This document shows, piece after piece, positions 21,173-29,080 of a stretch of 64,000 nt of DNA. The notes beneath the pieces are model-generated. The model worked only from the letters and a program-made list of their open reading frames with translations, was not told the origin of the DNA and did no database searches. Position numbers and translations under genes: made by a program. Positions within the stretch are counted from its first letter, which is position 1, and each line of letters starts with the position of its first letter. This DNA is from Verrucomicrobiia bacterium (GTDB taxonomy: Bacteria; Verrucomicrobiota; Verrucomicrobiia; Chthoniobacterales; UBA6821): NCBI GenBank assembly GCA_040380225.1, contig JBEIJN010000001.1, positions 50,345-114,344 on the forward strand, read 5' to 3'.

Positions 21173-21614
21173 CGTGAACGGGTTGACCCGTGAGCGCGTC
21201 GAATGTCGCGGTGAGTTGCCGGTCGCCGTGGCTGAGGCGGATGGAGAGCGGTTCGCAGATGCCCGCCGGGTTGAATTCCCAGACCTGATTCCGCGACGGT
21301 TCATGGAACCTGGAATCGTTCAGCCCCTTCATCTCGAGCCTCCATCCCTCGGGAAGTGTCGCCCCGTCGAGTCCGGTGGAGGTGATCTTGAGTCGTCGCG
21401 TCTCCCCTTTCTCCATCGCCTCGGAGCGTGTCTCGCGGGCCTTGAGGGTGATCGCCTCCATGGCGCGTTCACCCGCCGATGCGGCAAAGGAATCGAACAG
21501 GAACGGAACGGAGGCCGAGACCAGGATCGCCACGAGCACCAGGGCGATGATGATCTCCAGCAGGGTGAAGCCCCCGGCCGCGAAGGGGAACCTATTTGCC
21601 GATATTGCCCTCAC
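21162..21614 (-). CDS. GspH-like pseudopilin (start uncertain, GTG 21614 proposed)
   Basis: AAGG/FTLLEIIIALVLV prepilin N-terminus; ATG alternatives at 21689/21695 would overlap gspG by about 100 nt. Confidence 0.55.
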   Translation of the reverse strand: MRAISANRFPFAAGGFTLLEIIIALVLVAILVSASVPFLFDSFAASAGERAMEAITLKARETRSEAMEKGETRRLKITSTGLDGATLPEGWRLEMKGLNDSRFHEPSRNQVWEFNPAGICEPLSIRLSHGDRQLTATFDALTGQPVHDEE

Positions 21615-22053
21615 CCTCGGTCCCCTTCGGTCCAAGAGAGTAGAGGTCGTAACCGTCGGTCTTGAACTTTCCCGGGTTCCGGTAGACATATTCATTGCCC
21701 CAAGGGTCGAGAGGCACGCTCTCCATGAGCTTTTTCCAGTGCTGGGGTTTCGGTGCCGAGGAGGGCATCTGGACAAGGGCCTTGAGCCCCTGCTCGGTGG
21801 TGGGCTTGCGGTAGTTGAGCATCTCGTAGGTCCTCAACTGCATGGAGATCGCCTGGATGTCGCTCTGGACGCGCTGTTCCTTGGCCACATCGATGTTCCC
21901 AGAGAGCATGTAGATGGCCGATCCCACCAGCACGGCGATGATGCCGAGCACGAGCATGATCTCGAAGAGAGTGTATCCAGCCTCGGCGCGCAAACGGCGT
22001 TTTCTTGTAAGTCGGGGGCTCATCATCGGATTGGGGATCGGCTGTGTCATCAT
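21592..22053 (-). CDS. gspG: major pseudopilin GspG
   Basis: AEAG/YTLFEIMLVLGIIAVL N-terminus and DPWGNEYVY C-terminal GspG motif; alternative start at 22026. Confidence 0.85.
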   Translation of the reverse strand: MMTQPIPNPMMSPRLTRKRRLRAEAGYTLFEIMLVLGIIAVLVGSAIYMLSGNIDVAKEQRVQSDIQAISMQLRTYEMLNYRKPTTEQGLKALVQMPSSAPKPQHWKKLMESVPLDPWGNEYVYRNPGKFKTDGYDLYSLGPKGTEGEGNIGK

Positions 22054-22137
22054 GGTGCGCAGACAAGATCTCCGCCAAGTCGGGCTCGCGGTCAAGATCC
22101 CGCAGGTGACGGTTCGGTCACTTTGTCAGGCGCAATG

Positions 22138-23367
22138 TCATTGGGGAAGCGGTTGCGGCGCGGTGGTGCGGTAGAGCGAAGAGGGGGCGCCGTACTGCGA
22201 GCCGTTGGAGAGGATGTTGGAATCAGGGGTTGTGGCCGCATCGTGTGCGGGGCTTGGCAGGAGAGTTGAGGGCGATGCCGGGGCACCTTGCACGGCAGCC
22301 TGGACTTGAACTGAGCCAAGGACTTGGCCAGTTACTGCGGGCTGAACGAGGGAGGGGAGGAAGAGGAGTTCCATGGAGGCATTCCTGACAAGGACGGGCT
22401 TCCCCTCGTCACCCGATGAGCGCCGGAGGGTTAGGCTCACGGAGTTCTCTCCCTCCTTCCAGAGGCGCGGCGGGACATAGAGGCCTCCCCTACGCCATCC
22501 CGCCCTGATGAGCCGGCCGGTCGCGGAGGAGAGTGTGCCCGAATCCTGAAGGGGGAAGGACTCCATGCCCATGGCTCCGAGCGACTCCCCGTTCACGCTC
22601 ACCTCGATCCACGATTCCGGATCGAGCCCCGCGACCTCGGATCTGATCCAGGATCCGTTGGGGAGGGATCCCATCGGCACGATGACGTCGAGCTGTCCCG
22701 GAGAGTCGAGCCGGGAGGCCGCGGTGACGAGTTCGGCATGCACGGTGCGGCCCTCGGTCCTGTCTCCTTCAGGCTGTGCGGAGGAGGTGCCGTAGACTTC
22801 CGACAGGGCAAGGACACGATCCCTGCCGATCACCAGTCCCGGCACGAAGCCGCTGCCCGAGGCCATGGCGGCGACGCCAAACTCCCTGCATGGCTGCACG
22901 CAGACCGTCAGAAGGCGCGAGAACCTTCCCGCAAAGGAAACCCGGAGGGTCCCTCCATCCAGTGTGAGCCCCTGGGGGATCAGGATCGTGCGCACGTTCA
23001 GACCGGGTGCCACGCCTGTCTCGCCGAGGCCGGCGCTGAGCAGGGTCCGGTCTTTTCCGGGAGAGATCCATTCCGCCACGGGACCGCTATCACCATTGTC
23101 ATCGAAGACAACGGTGAGAGCATGGAACCCGATCTCATCCTGGGATGCCAGAGGGGGAAGCGGCACCTCCACCGAATCCGATTCAGGCGTGATGCGGACA
23201 TTGCCGGAGAACCATCGCGGGAGGGCGTTGGTGGCCGCATCCTTCCGGAGATTGATGGTCAGCGGGGTTATCGGGGGCAGGGCGTCGCTTTCAGTACCTC
23301 GGAGAGAGACGGAGCCGAGCATGCCCATTACCAGCAGGGTGGTGGCAAGACGATGAACGGTTCTCAT
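22138..23367 (-). CDS. secreted protein of unknown function, first gene of the secretion operon
   Basis: ATG 23367 gives the signal peptide MRTVHRLATTLLVMGMLGSVSLRG; no motif recognised. Confidence 0.55.
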   Translation of the reverse strand: MRTVHRLATTLLVMGMLGSVSLRGTESDALPPITPLTINLRKDAATNALPRWFSGNVRITPESDSVEVPLPPLASQDEIGFHALTVVFDDNGDSGPVAEWISPGKDRTLLSAGLGETGVAPGLNVRTILIPQGLTLDGGTLRVSFAGRFSRLLTVCVQPCREFGVAAMASGSGFVPGLVIGRDRVLALSEVYGTSSAQPEGDRTEGRTVHAELVTAASRLDSPGQLDVIVPMGSLPNGSWIRSEVAGLDPESWIEVSVNGESLGAMGMESFPLQDSGTLSSATGRLIRAGWRRGGLYVPPRLWKEGENSVSLTLRRSSGDEGKPVLVRNASMELLFLPSLVQPAVTGQVLGSVQVQAAVQGAPASPSTLLPSPAHDAATTPDSNILSNGSQYGAPSSLYRTTAPQPLPQ

Positions 23368-23377
23368 GGGCCTCTTA

Positions 23378-23651
23378 GGAAGCGCTGATTTAATCGCATA
23401 GAGGCCGTTGCGGGAAGAATGGGCCGCGGGCAAGGCGGCTTGGCACGAGCATCCCCGCAGCGGGCTGTAAGTGCCAAGCCAACATAGCCCCCGGCCGGTT
23501 ATCTCCGCAACCCGGAGGGCTGAAGCCATTTGTCGATTTTTGCGGCGTTGCTTGCTCGGGCGAGACCGCTGCGGGTATCGCCCAGCGCTCGCGCCTTCAA
23601 AAATCAGCAAATGCTCTTCAGCGGCCTGCATGGGATTAAATCAGCGCTTCC
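23378..23651. mobile_element. MITE-like 274-bp element with perfect 18-bp terminal inverted repeats
   Basis: GGAAGCGCTGATTTAATC at 23378-23395 and its exact reverse complement at 23634-23651; internal 10-bp stem 23437-23446/23471-23480; no ORF. Confidence 0.6.
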
Positions 23652-23841
23652 CTAGAGTGGGAACAGAGAAGCCGAAGGGGAGTTTTTTAATCTGGAAAGC
23701 AGGAAAGCAGGAAGAACAATGCTGAAGAAGGCTCATGGACGTGTTGTCTGAGGCTTGTCCTCTGTTGTTTTGTCTGTGGTTTAAAATCCCCTAGATTGAA
23801 TCCTTTTTTCCTGTCTTCCTGCTTTCTGATTCATCCTTTGC

Positions 23842-24969
23842 TCATCCCGGCGATATCCCGTAAAGGGCCCGTACCAGTTTCTGGGTTCTCGTCCCGGGAA
23901 GGGCTCCCGGATGCATGGCACTCGGGATGAATGCGAATCCAAGGCCATGTTCCGGATCGGCAAAGGCGATTGACCCGCCCGCACCCGGATGGCCGAAGGC
24001 CGACGGGGAGGGGCCGTAGACTCCGAAATCATTGGTCATGAAGCCAGCGGAGAAGGAGGTCTTGTCAATGAGGACACGGTCGGGACCCTTCGCCAATGAG
24101 GTTCGCATCGCGGTCAGGTTCTCGGAATGAAAAAAACCGCCGCTGTCGGATGCGAGCATGGCGTAGAGAGAGGCCAGGGCATCGGCTGTTCCGATGGCTC
24201 CCAGCGAGGGGAGGGACGCAGATCGCATGGCGGGAGTGTTCATCACCGAGGGGGTGAGCGTTCCCCCGGGTTCGCTCAGCGCACGGCGTGTCAGCGAGGA
24301 GGGGTCACCGAATGCCTTGGAAAAAGGGCCGGGAGCCGGGGGAACCTTCGGGGCGATGACGGCTGCGGCCGTGTCGATCAATCCGGGAGGAAGTCCGAAC
24401 CAGAGGGCAAGCGAGAGCGGTGAGCGGAAGCATCGCTCCCAGCGCTCACCGAGCGTCTCACCGGTCAAGCGACGGACGATCTCATCCAGTAGAAAGCCGA
24501 AGGTTCGCGCCCCGTAACCGTGGCTTCTGTCGGCTTGCCAATTCGGAGGTTGTGCGGCGAGGGCAATGGCCACCGATTGATGATCGGTGATGGCTAGGCC
24601 ACGCTGATCGATCGCGGAAAGTCCAGCCCGGTGGGAGAGAAGCTCGGCAAGGGTGATGCGCTCCTTGCCCGAGGCAGCGAACTCCGGCCAGATTTCCGCG
24701 ACGGGCGAATCCAGCGGAATCCCCTTTTCCTGCAGGGCATGCAGGGTGACGGCGGCGGCCACTCCCTTGCTCGCGGACCAGATGAGACAGGGGGTGTCGG
24801 ATTGCCATGGCCGTTCCGGGGAAGCCTCGCCCCCCGCCATCGAGAGCAGGGCCCGGCCTCCTTGCCAGAGGGCGAGCGAGGCCCCGCCGTAAGGAGTCTC
24901 GGAAAAGACTTCGTGGAAGGCTTCCGTGAGTCGCTCCGCGGCGGCGACCGGATCGAACCTCAGGCTCAT
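23842..24969 (-). CDS. serine hydrolase, beta-lactamase/PBP4-like family
   Basis: SASKGV (S-x-x-K) motif and family-typical length (375 aa); ATGA overlap with the upstream TPR gene. Confidence 0.75.
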   Translation of the reverse strand: MSLRFDPVAAAERLTEAFHEVFSETPYGGASLALWQGGRALLSMAGGEASPERPWQSDTPCLIWSASKGVAAAVTLHALQEKGIPLDSPVAEIWPEFAASGKERITLAELLSHRAGLSAIDQRGLAITDHQSVAIALAAQPPNWQADRSHGYGARTFGFLLDEIVRRLTGETLGERWERCFRSPLSLALWFGLPPGLIDTAAAVIAPKVPPAPGPFSKAFGDPSSLTRRALSEPGGTLTPSVMNTPAMRSASLPSLGAIGTADALASLYAMLASDSGGFFHSENLTAMRTSLAKGPDRVLIDKTSFSAGFMTNDFGVYGPSPSAFGHPGAGGSIAFADPEHGLGFAFIPSAMHPGALPGTRTQKLVRALYGISPG

Positions 24970-25436
24970 TCCTCCAGATCCTCCCTCACGAGGGCGAGAT
25001 CGGGATCGCGCCGGGCGAAGTCGCGGTAGGCTGCGTCGAGGTCGAAGCTCTGCCGGAGGCTTCGCAGGGCGGCCTCGCGGTTGCCGAGCACGGCCTCGTA
25101 GCAGCCGATGTTATAGTGGAATGTCGGATCGTTGCGCAGCGATTCCGGTCCCTTGAGCAGAAGATCGCGCGCCTCGGCTGTCCGGCACAACTCGTGGAGC
25201 GCGAAAGCCCCGTGAATGTAGGCGGGGAGAGCGGAGGGGCTGATTCGGAGAAGCTCCTCGGCGGCCACAAGGGCCTCGTCCCAGCGTTTCGCCTGCATCA
25301 GGACATGCAGGCGAAGTTCCACAACATCGGGATCCATGCTTTCGGGAGCCGATACGGAAGCAAGCTCGGCAAGGGCCTCTTCGGCCATGCCGAGCTCAAG
25401 GTATCCCTGGGCGGCGAGAAGCGCCCGCTCGCTCAT
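24966..25436 (-). CDS. TPR repeat protein
   Basis: Repeated 34-aa helical A/L/Y-rich units; 156 aa. Confidence 0.65.
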   Translation of the reverse strand: MSERALLAAQGYLELGMAEEALAELASVSAPESMDPDVVELRLHVLMQAKRWDEALVAAEELLRISPSALPAYIHGAFALHELCRTAEARDLLLKGPESLRNDPTFHYNIGCYEAVLGNREAALRSLRQSFDLDAAYRDFARRDPDLALVREDLEE

Positions 25437-25588
25437 TTGATGAAATCCGCCTTGGAGGAGAGACGGGCAAAGTCGGGCGCCGCAATTTTCATGATCGGGC
25501 AGGCGGAAGATCGAGGGCTATCTTGACGATAGCTCGAGGGATGACAACGAACCCCAGCATGAAAAGGGCAAGCCCCGCTTTGTCCGGA

Positions 25589-26653
25589 TCAGGCTATTGT
25601 GACCTCGGGGCACAGGTAGACATCCTGCACGGCATGCAGGAGCTTGGCCCCCTCTTCCATCGGGCGCTGGAAGGCCTTGCGTCCCGAGATGAGTCCGGTT
25701 CCGCCGGCGCGCTTGTTGATGACTGCGGTCTTCACGGCATCCTGGAAGTCGTGGGCTCCGGAGGCACCGCCGGAGTTGATCAGGCCGGCGCGACCCATGA
25801 AGCAGTTGATCACCTGGTAGCGGCAGAGGTCGATCGGGTGATCGGTGGTCAGTTCGGTGTAGATGCGCTCGTCGAGCTTGCCGTAGCTGGAGTTACCCGT
25901 GTTGAGGGCCTTGTAGCCGCCGTTGTTCTCGGGGAGCTTCTGCTTGATGATGTCGGCCTCGATCGTGACGCCGAGGTGGTTGGCCTGACCGGTGAGATCG
26001 GCGGAGAGATGATAATCCTTATCCTTCTTGAAGGCGTCGTTGCGGAGGTAGCACCAGAGGACGGTCGCCATGCCGAGTTCATGGGCGTGGTGGAAGGCCT
26101 CGGCCACCTGGATGATCTCGTGGCTGGCATCCTCGCCGCCGAAGTAGATTGTGGCGCCGATGGCGGCCGCACCCATGTCGTAGGCTTCATCGATTGTGCC
26201 GAACATGATCTCGCGGGAGACGTTCGGGTAGGTGAGCAGTTCGTTGTGGTTCACCTTCACGAGGAAGGGGATCTTGTGGGCGTACTTGCGGGCCACGGAA
26301 CCGAGGACGCCGAACGTGGAGGCCACGGCGTTGCAACCGCCCTCGATGGCCAGCTTCACGATGTTCTCGGGATCGAAGTAGATCGGGTTCTTGGCAAAGC
26401 TGGCTCCCGCGCTGTGCTCGATTCCCTGATCGACGGGAAGGATCGAGAGGTAGCCGGTATTGGCAAGGCGGCCGGTGCCGTACATGCGCTGCAGGTTGGC
26501 CAGGACGCGCGGATTGCGGTCGCTTCCGAGATGGATGCGGTCGACGAAATCGGGCCCTGGCAGGTGCAGGAGGTCCTTGGAGACGGTCTTGCAGGTGTGG
26601 TTGAGGAGGGAGTCGGCGTCGGCTCCGAGGAGGTTCTTGATGTCGTTGATCAT
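25589..26653 (-). CDS. fbaB: class I fructose-bisphosphate aldolase (FbaB/DhnA type)
   Basis: Near full-length collinearity with my recollection of E. coli FbaB ([37 protein letters not shown]). Confidence 0.9.
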   Translation of the reverse strand: MINDIKNLLGADADSLLNHTCKTVSKDLLHLPGPDFVDRIHLGSDRNPRVLANLQRMYGTGRLANTGYLSILPVDQGIEHSAGASFAKNPIYFDPENIVKLAIEGGCNAVASTFGVLGSVARKYAHKIPFLVKVNHNELLTYPNVSREIMFGTIDEAYDMGAAAIGATIYFGGEDASHEIIQVAEAFHHAHELGMATVLWCYLRNDAFKKDKDYHLSADLTGQANHLGVTIEADIIKQKLPENNGGYKALNTGNSSYGKLDERIYTELTTDHPIDLCRYQVINCFMGRAGLINSGGASGAHDFQDAVKTAVINKRAGGTGLISGRKAFQRPMEEGAKLLHAVQDVYLCPEVTIA

Positions 26654-26667
26654 GGTTTGAGTAGTTC

Positions 26668-26713
26668 GAAGGAAAAGAAAAGGGGCGTCCAGAACATTTG
26701 TTCCGGACGCCCC
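26668..26713 (-). terminator. strong hairpin plus U-tract after ilvC
   Basis: GGGGCGTCC...GGACGCCCC 9-bp stem with an inner GAACA/TGTTC extension; on the minus strand it is followed by TTTTCTTTTCC. Confidence 0.75.
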
Positions 26714-26744
26714 TGAAATGAGCGAATTCTTGGGAAAAGTCGCT

Positions 26745-27770
26745 TTAGTAGGCGGCCTGGGCCCCCTTGATGTTCTTCTTCTTGACCCAGGACATGCGGG
26801 AGCGGAGTTGCTCGCCCACCTTCTCGATGGGGTGCTTCTCGCCGGCCTTGAGGAGGGCGTTGTACTTCTTCTTGCCGGTCTTGGCTTCGGCGATCCAATC
26901 CTTGGCGAACTTGCCGGTCTGGATGTCCTTGAGGGCGGCCTTCATCCGCTTCTTGACGGAGGCGTCGACGACCTTCGGGCCGACGGCGATGTCACCGTAC
27001 TTGGCGGTCTCCGAGATGGAGAAGCGCATGCCGCTGATTCCGGACTCGTTGATCATGTCGACGATGAGCTTGAGCTCGTGGAGAACCTCGAAGTAGGCCA
27101 TCTCGGGCTGGTAGCCGGCCTCGACGAGTGTTTCGAACCCTGCCTGGATGAGGGCCGAGGTGCCTCCGCAGAGGACGGCCTGCTCGCCGAAGAGATCGGT
27201 CTCGGTCTCCTCCTTGAAGGTGGTCTCGAAGACGCCGCCGCGGGTGCCGCCGATGCCCTTGGCCCATGCGAGGGCGGTCTTCTTGGCGTTGCCGCTCTTG
27301 TTGTTGTGGATGGCGATGAGGGTAGGGACACCCTTGCCCTCCTGGTACTGACGGCGCACGGTGTGGCCGGGGCCCTTGGGGGCGACCATGATGACGTCGA
27401 CGTGCTTGGGCGGGACGATCGTCTTGTAGAGGATCGCGAAGCCGTGGCTGAAGAGGAGGGTCTGGCCGGCCTTGAGGTTCGGGGCGATGTCCTTCTCGTA
27501 GACCGAAGGGATGACGAGATCGGGAACAGCGACCATGATGACGTCGGCCTTCTTCACGGCCTCCGCCGTGTCAAAAACCTGGAAGCCGAGCTTCTTGGCG
27601 ACGGCGCGGCTCTTGCTCTTGGGGTAGAGTCCGATGATGACCTTGACGCCACTCTCCTTGAGATTGAGGGCGTGGGCGTGTCCCTGGGAACCGAAGCCGA
27701 TCACGGCGCAGGTTTTTCCCTTGAGGAACTTCAGGTCGGCATCCTTGTCAGTGTAGATTTTGGCGGGCAT
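26745..27770 (-). CDS. ilvC: ketol-acid reductoisomerase
   Basis: [17 protein letters not shown] Rossmann motif; 341 aa class I KARI. Confidence 0.95.
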   Translation of the reverse strand: MPAKIYTDKDADLKFLKGKTCAVIGFGSQGHAHALNLKESGVKVIIGLYPKSKSRAVAKKLGFQVFDTAEAVKKADVIMVAVPDLVIPSVYEKDIAPNLKAGQTLLFSHGFAILYKTIVPPKHVDVIMVAPKGPGHTVRRQYQEGKGVPTLIAIHNNKSGNAKKTALAWAKGIGGTRGGVFETTFKEETETDLFGEQAVLCGGTSALIQAGFETLVEAGYQPEMAYFEVLHELKLIVDMINESGISGMRFSISETAKYGDIAVGPKVVDASVKKRMKAALKDIQTGKFAKDWIAEAKTGKKKYNALLKAGEKHPIEKVGEQLRSRMSWVKKKNIKGAQAAY

Positions 27771-27792
27771 GGGTTGGTGGTGTGTTGGTTTG

Positions 27793-27824
27793 AGGTTAAA
27801 AGGTTGAAAGGTTGAAAGGTTGAA
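27793..27824. repeat. tandem octamer x4 (AGGTTRAA on the plus strand) in the ilvC leader
   Basis: Read directly; part of a 63-nt stretch (27771-27833) with no C on the plus strand. Confidence 0.9.
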
Positions 27825-27884
27825 AGTTGGTGGCTGCGATACGTTTTAACGGTTCACGTTTTTAACGTATCAACCTTCTGAAAA

Positions 27885-28361
27885 TCACTTCGAGCGTGCG
27901 AGGGCGATCTTCCCGGTGCGGGTTAGTTCGGTGATGCCGAACTGGTCCATGAGGGCGAGGAATTTGTCGATCTTGCTCTCGGAACCGGTGATCTCGACGG
28001 CAAGGCGCTTCGGTTGCACGTCGATGATCTTGGCGCGGAAGATGTCGCAGATCTGCATGATCTCGGCGCGGGCTTTGGCGTCGGCCTTTACGCGGATGAG
28101 GACGAGCTCACGGTCGACATACTCGGTCTCCCCGAAATCCTCGACGCTGATGACGTTCACGAGCTTGTCGAGCTGCTTGTTGACCTGGTCGAGCACCTTG
28201 TCGTCGCCACGGACCACGATCGTCATGCGGGAGGTCTCGGGGTCGAGCGTCGGACCGACGTTCAGGGTGTCGATGTTGAAGCCGCGTCCGCTGAACATCC
28301 CGGCGATGCGGGTCAGGACGCCGAACTTGTTCTCGACGAGGATGGAAATGGTGTGGCGCAT
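27885..28361 (-). CDS. ilvN: acetolactate synthase small (regulatory) subunit
   Basis: ACT domain MRHTISILVENKFGVLTRIAGMFSGRGFNI; 158 aa. Confidence 0.9.
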   Translation of the reverse strand: MRHTISILVENKFGVLTRIAGMFSGRGFNIDTLNVGPTLDPETSRMTIVVRGDDKVLDQVNKQLDKLVNVISVEDFGETEYVDRELVLIRVKADAKARAEIMQICDIFRAKIIDVQPKRLAVEITGSESKIDKFLALMDQFGITELTRTGKIALARSK

Positions 28362-28453
28362 GGGTGGTGGCTCTCCGTCTCCGGATCAAGCCGAACAATT
28401 AGAATGCTGGGCTGTTTTTTTTTCGTCAAACGCAAAGCGAGCCGCTACCTCTT

Positions 28454-29047
28454 TTGCCCATGAATATTCCGGAACGCGACTTCGACGCCTACATCTTCGA
28501 CTGCGACGGCACCCTGGCCGACACCATGGGGCTCCATTACGATGCCTGGAAGATGGCCCTCGAGCCCCATGGCGCGGATCTCCCGGAGGATCTCTACTAC
28601 AGCTGGGGAGGGCGTCCGACACGCGAGATCGTCGAGGCGCTCAACGAGATGCAGGGGCTCCTGATGGATCCGGAGGCGATGGTCCACCACAAGGAGGGGC
28701 TCTACCACTCGCTGATTCCGGAGGTCAGGGCGATCGAACCGGTCGTCGCCTTTGCCCGGTCCATGCACGGGAAAAAGCCCCTCGCCGTGGCCTCCGGAGG
28801 CGGGCGCAAGGCGGTGACGGCCACGCTCGAGAGCCTCGGCCTGATCCATCTCTTCGAGGCGATCGTCACCTCGGAGGATTACAAGAACGGCAAGCCCTCA
28901 CCCGACCCTTATCTCGAGGCGGCCCGGCGACTCGGAGTGGCCCCTGAGGGTTGCCTGGTTTTCGAGGATACGGAAATCGGGAAGCAGTCCGCGCTGGCCG
29001 CCGGCATGGATTGCGTGCTGGTCCCGGTTCCCGGGAAAAGTGCCTGA
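28454..29047 (+). CDS. HAD-superfamily hydrolase (beta-phosphoglucomutase-like subfamily IA)
   Basis: YIFDCDGTLADT motif I, ASGG motif II, GKPSPDPY and EDTEIG motifs. Confidence 0.8.
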   Translation: MPMNIPERDFDAYIFDCDGTLADTMGLHYDAWKMALEPHGADLPEDLYYSWGGRPTREIVEALNEMQGLLMDPEAMVHHKEGLYHSLIPEVRAIEPVVAFARSMHGKKPLAVASGGGRKAVTATLESLGLIHLFEAIVTSEDYKNGKPSPDPYLEAARRLGVAPEGCLVFEDTEIGKQSALAAGMDCVLVPVPGKSA

Positions 29048-29060
29048 GGGTAGCGACTGC

Positions 29061-29080
29061 CTAGGGAAGCGTTTCCCTAG
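29061..29080. terminator. bidirectional hairpin between convergent genes
   Basis: CTAGGGAA-GCGT-TTCCCTAG, a perfect 8-bp stem; overlaps the EamA stop codon. Confidence 0.45.

Noticed and set aside
25523-27815. 397-aa and 365-aa plus-strand ORFs antisense to fbaB and ilvC
   Set aside because: These are shadow ORFs opposite genes with near full-length family signatures. Their products are Gly/Asp/Val/Leu-rich repeats with no motifs.
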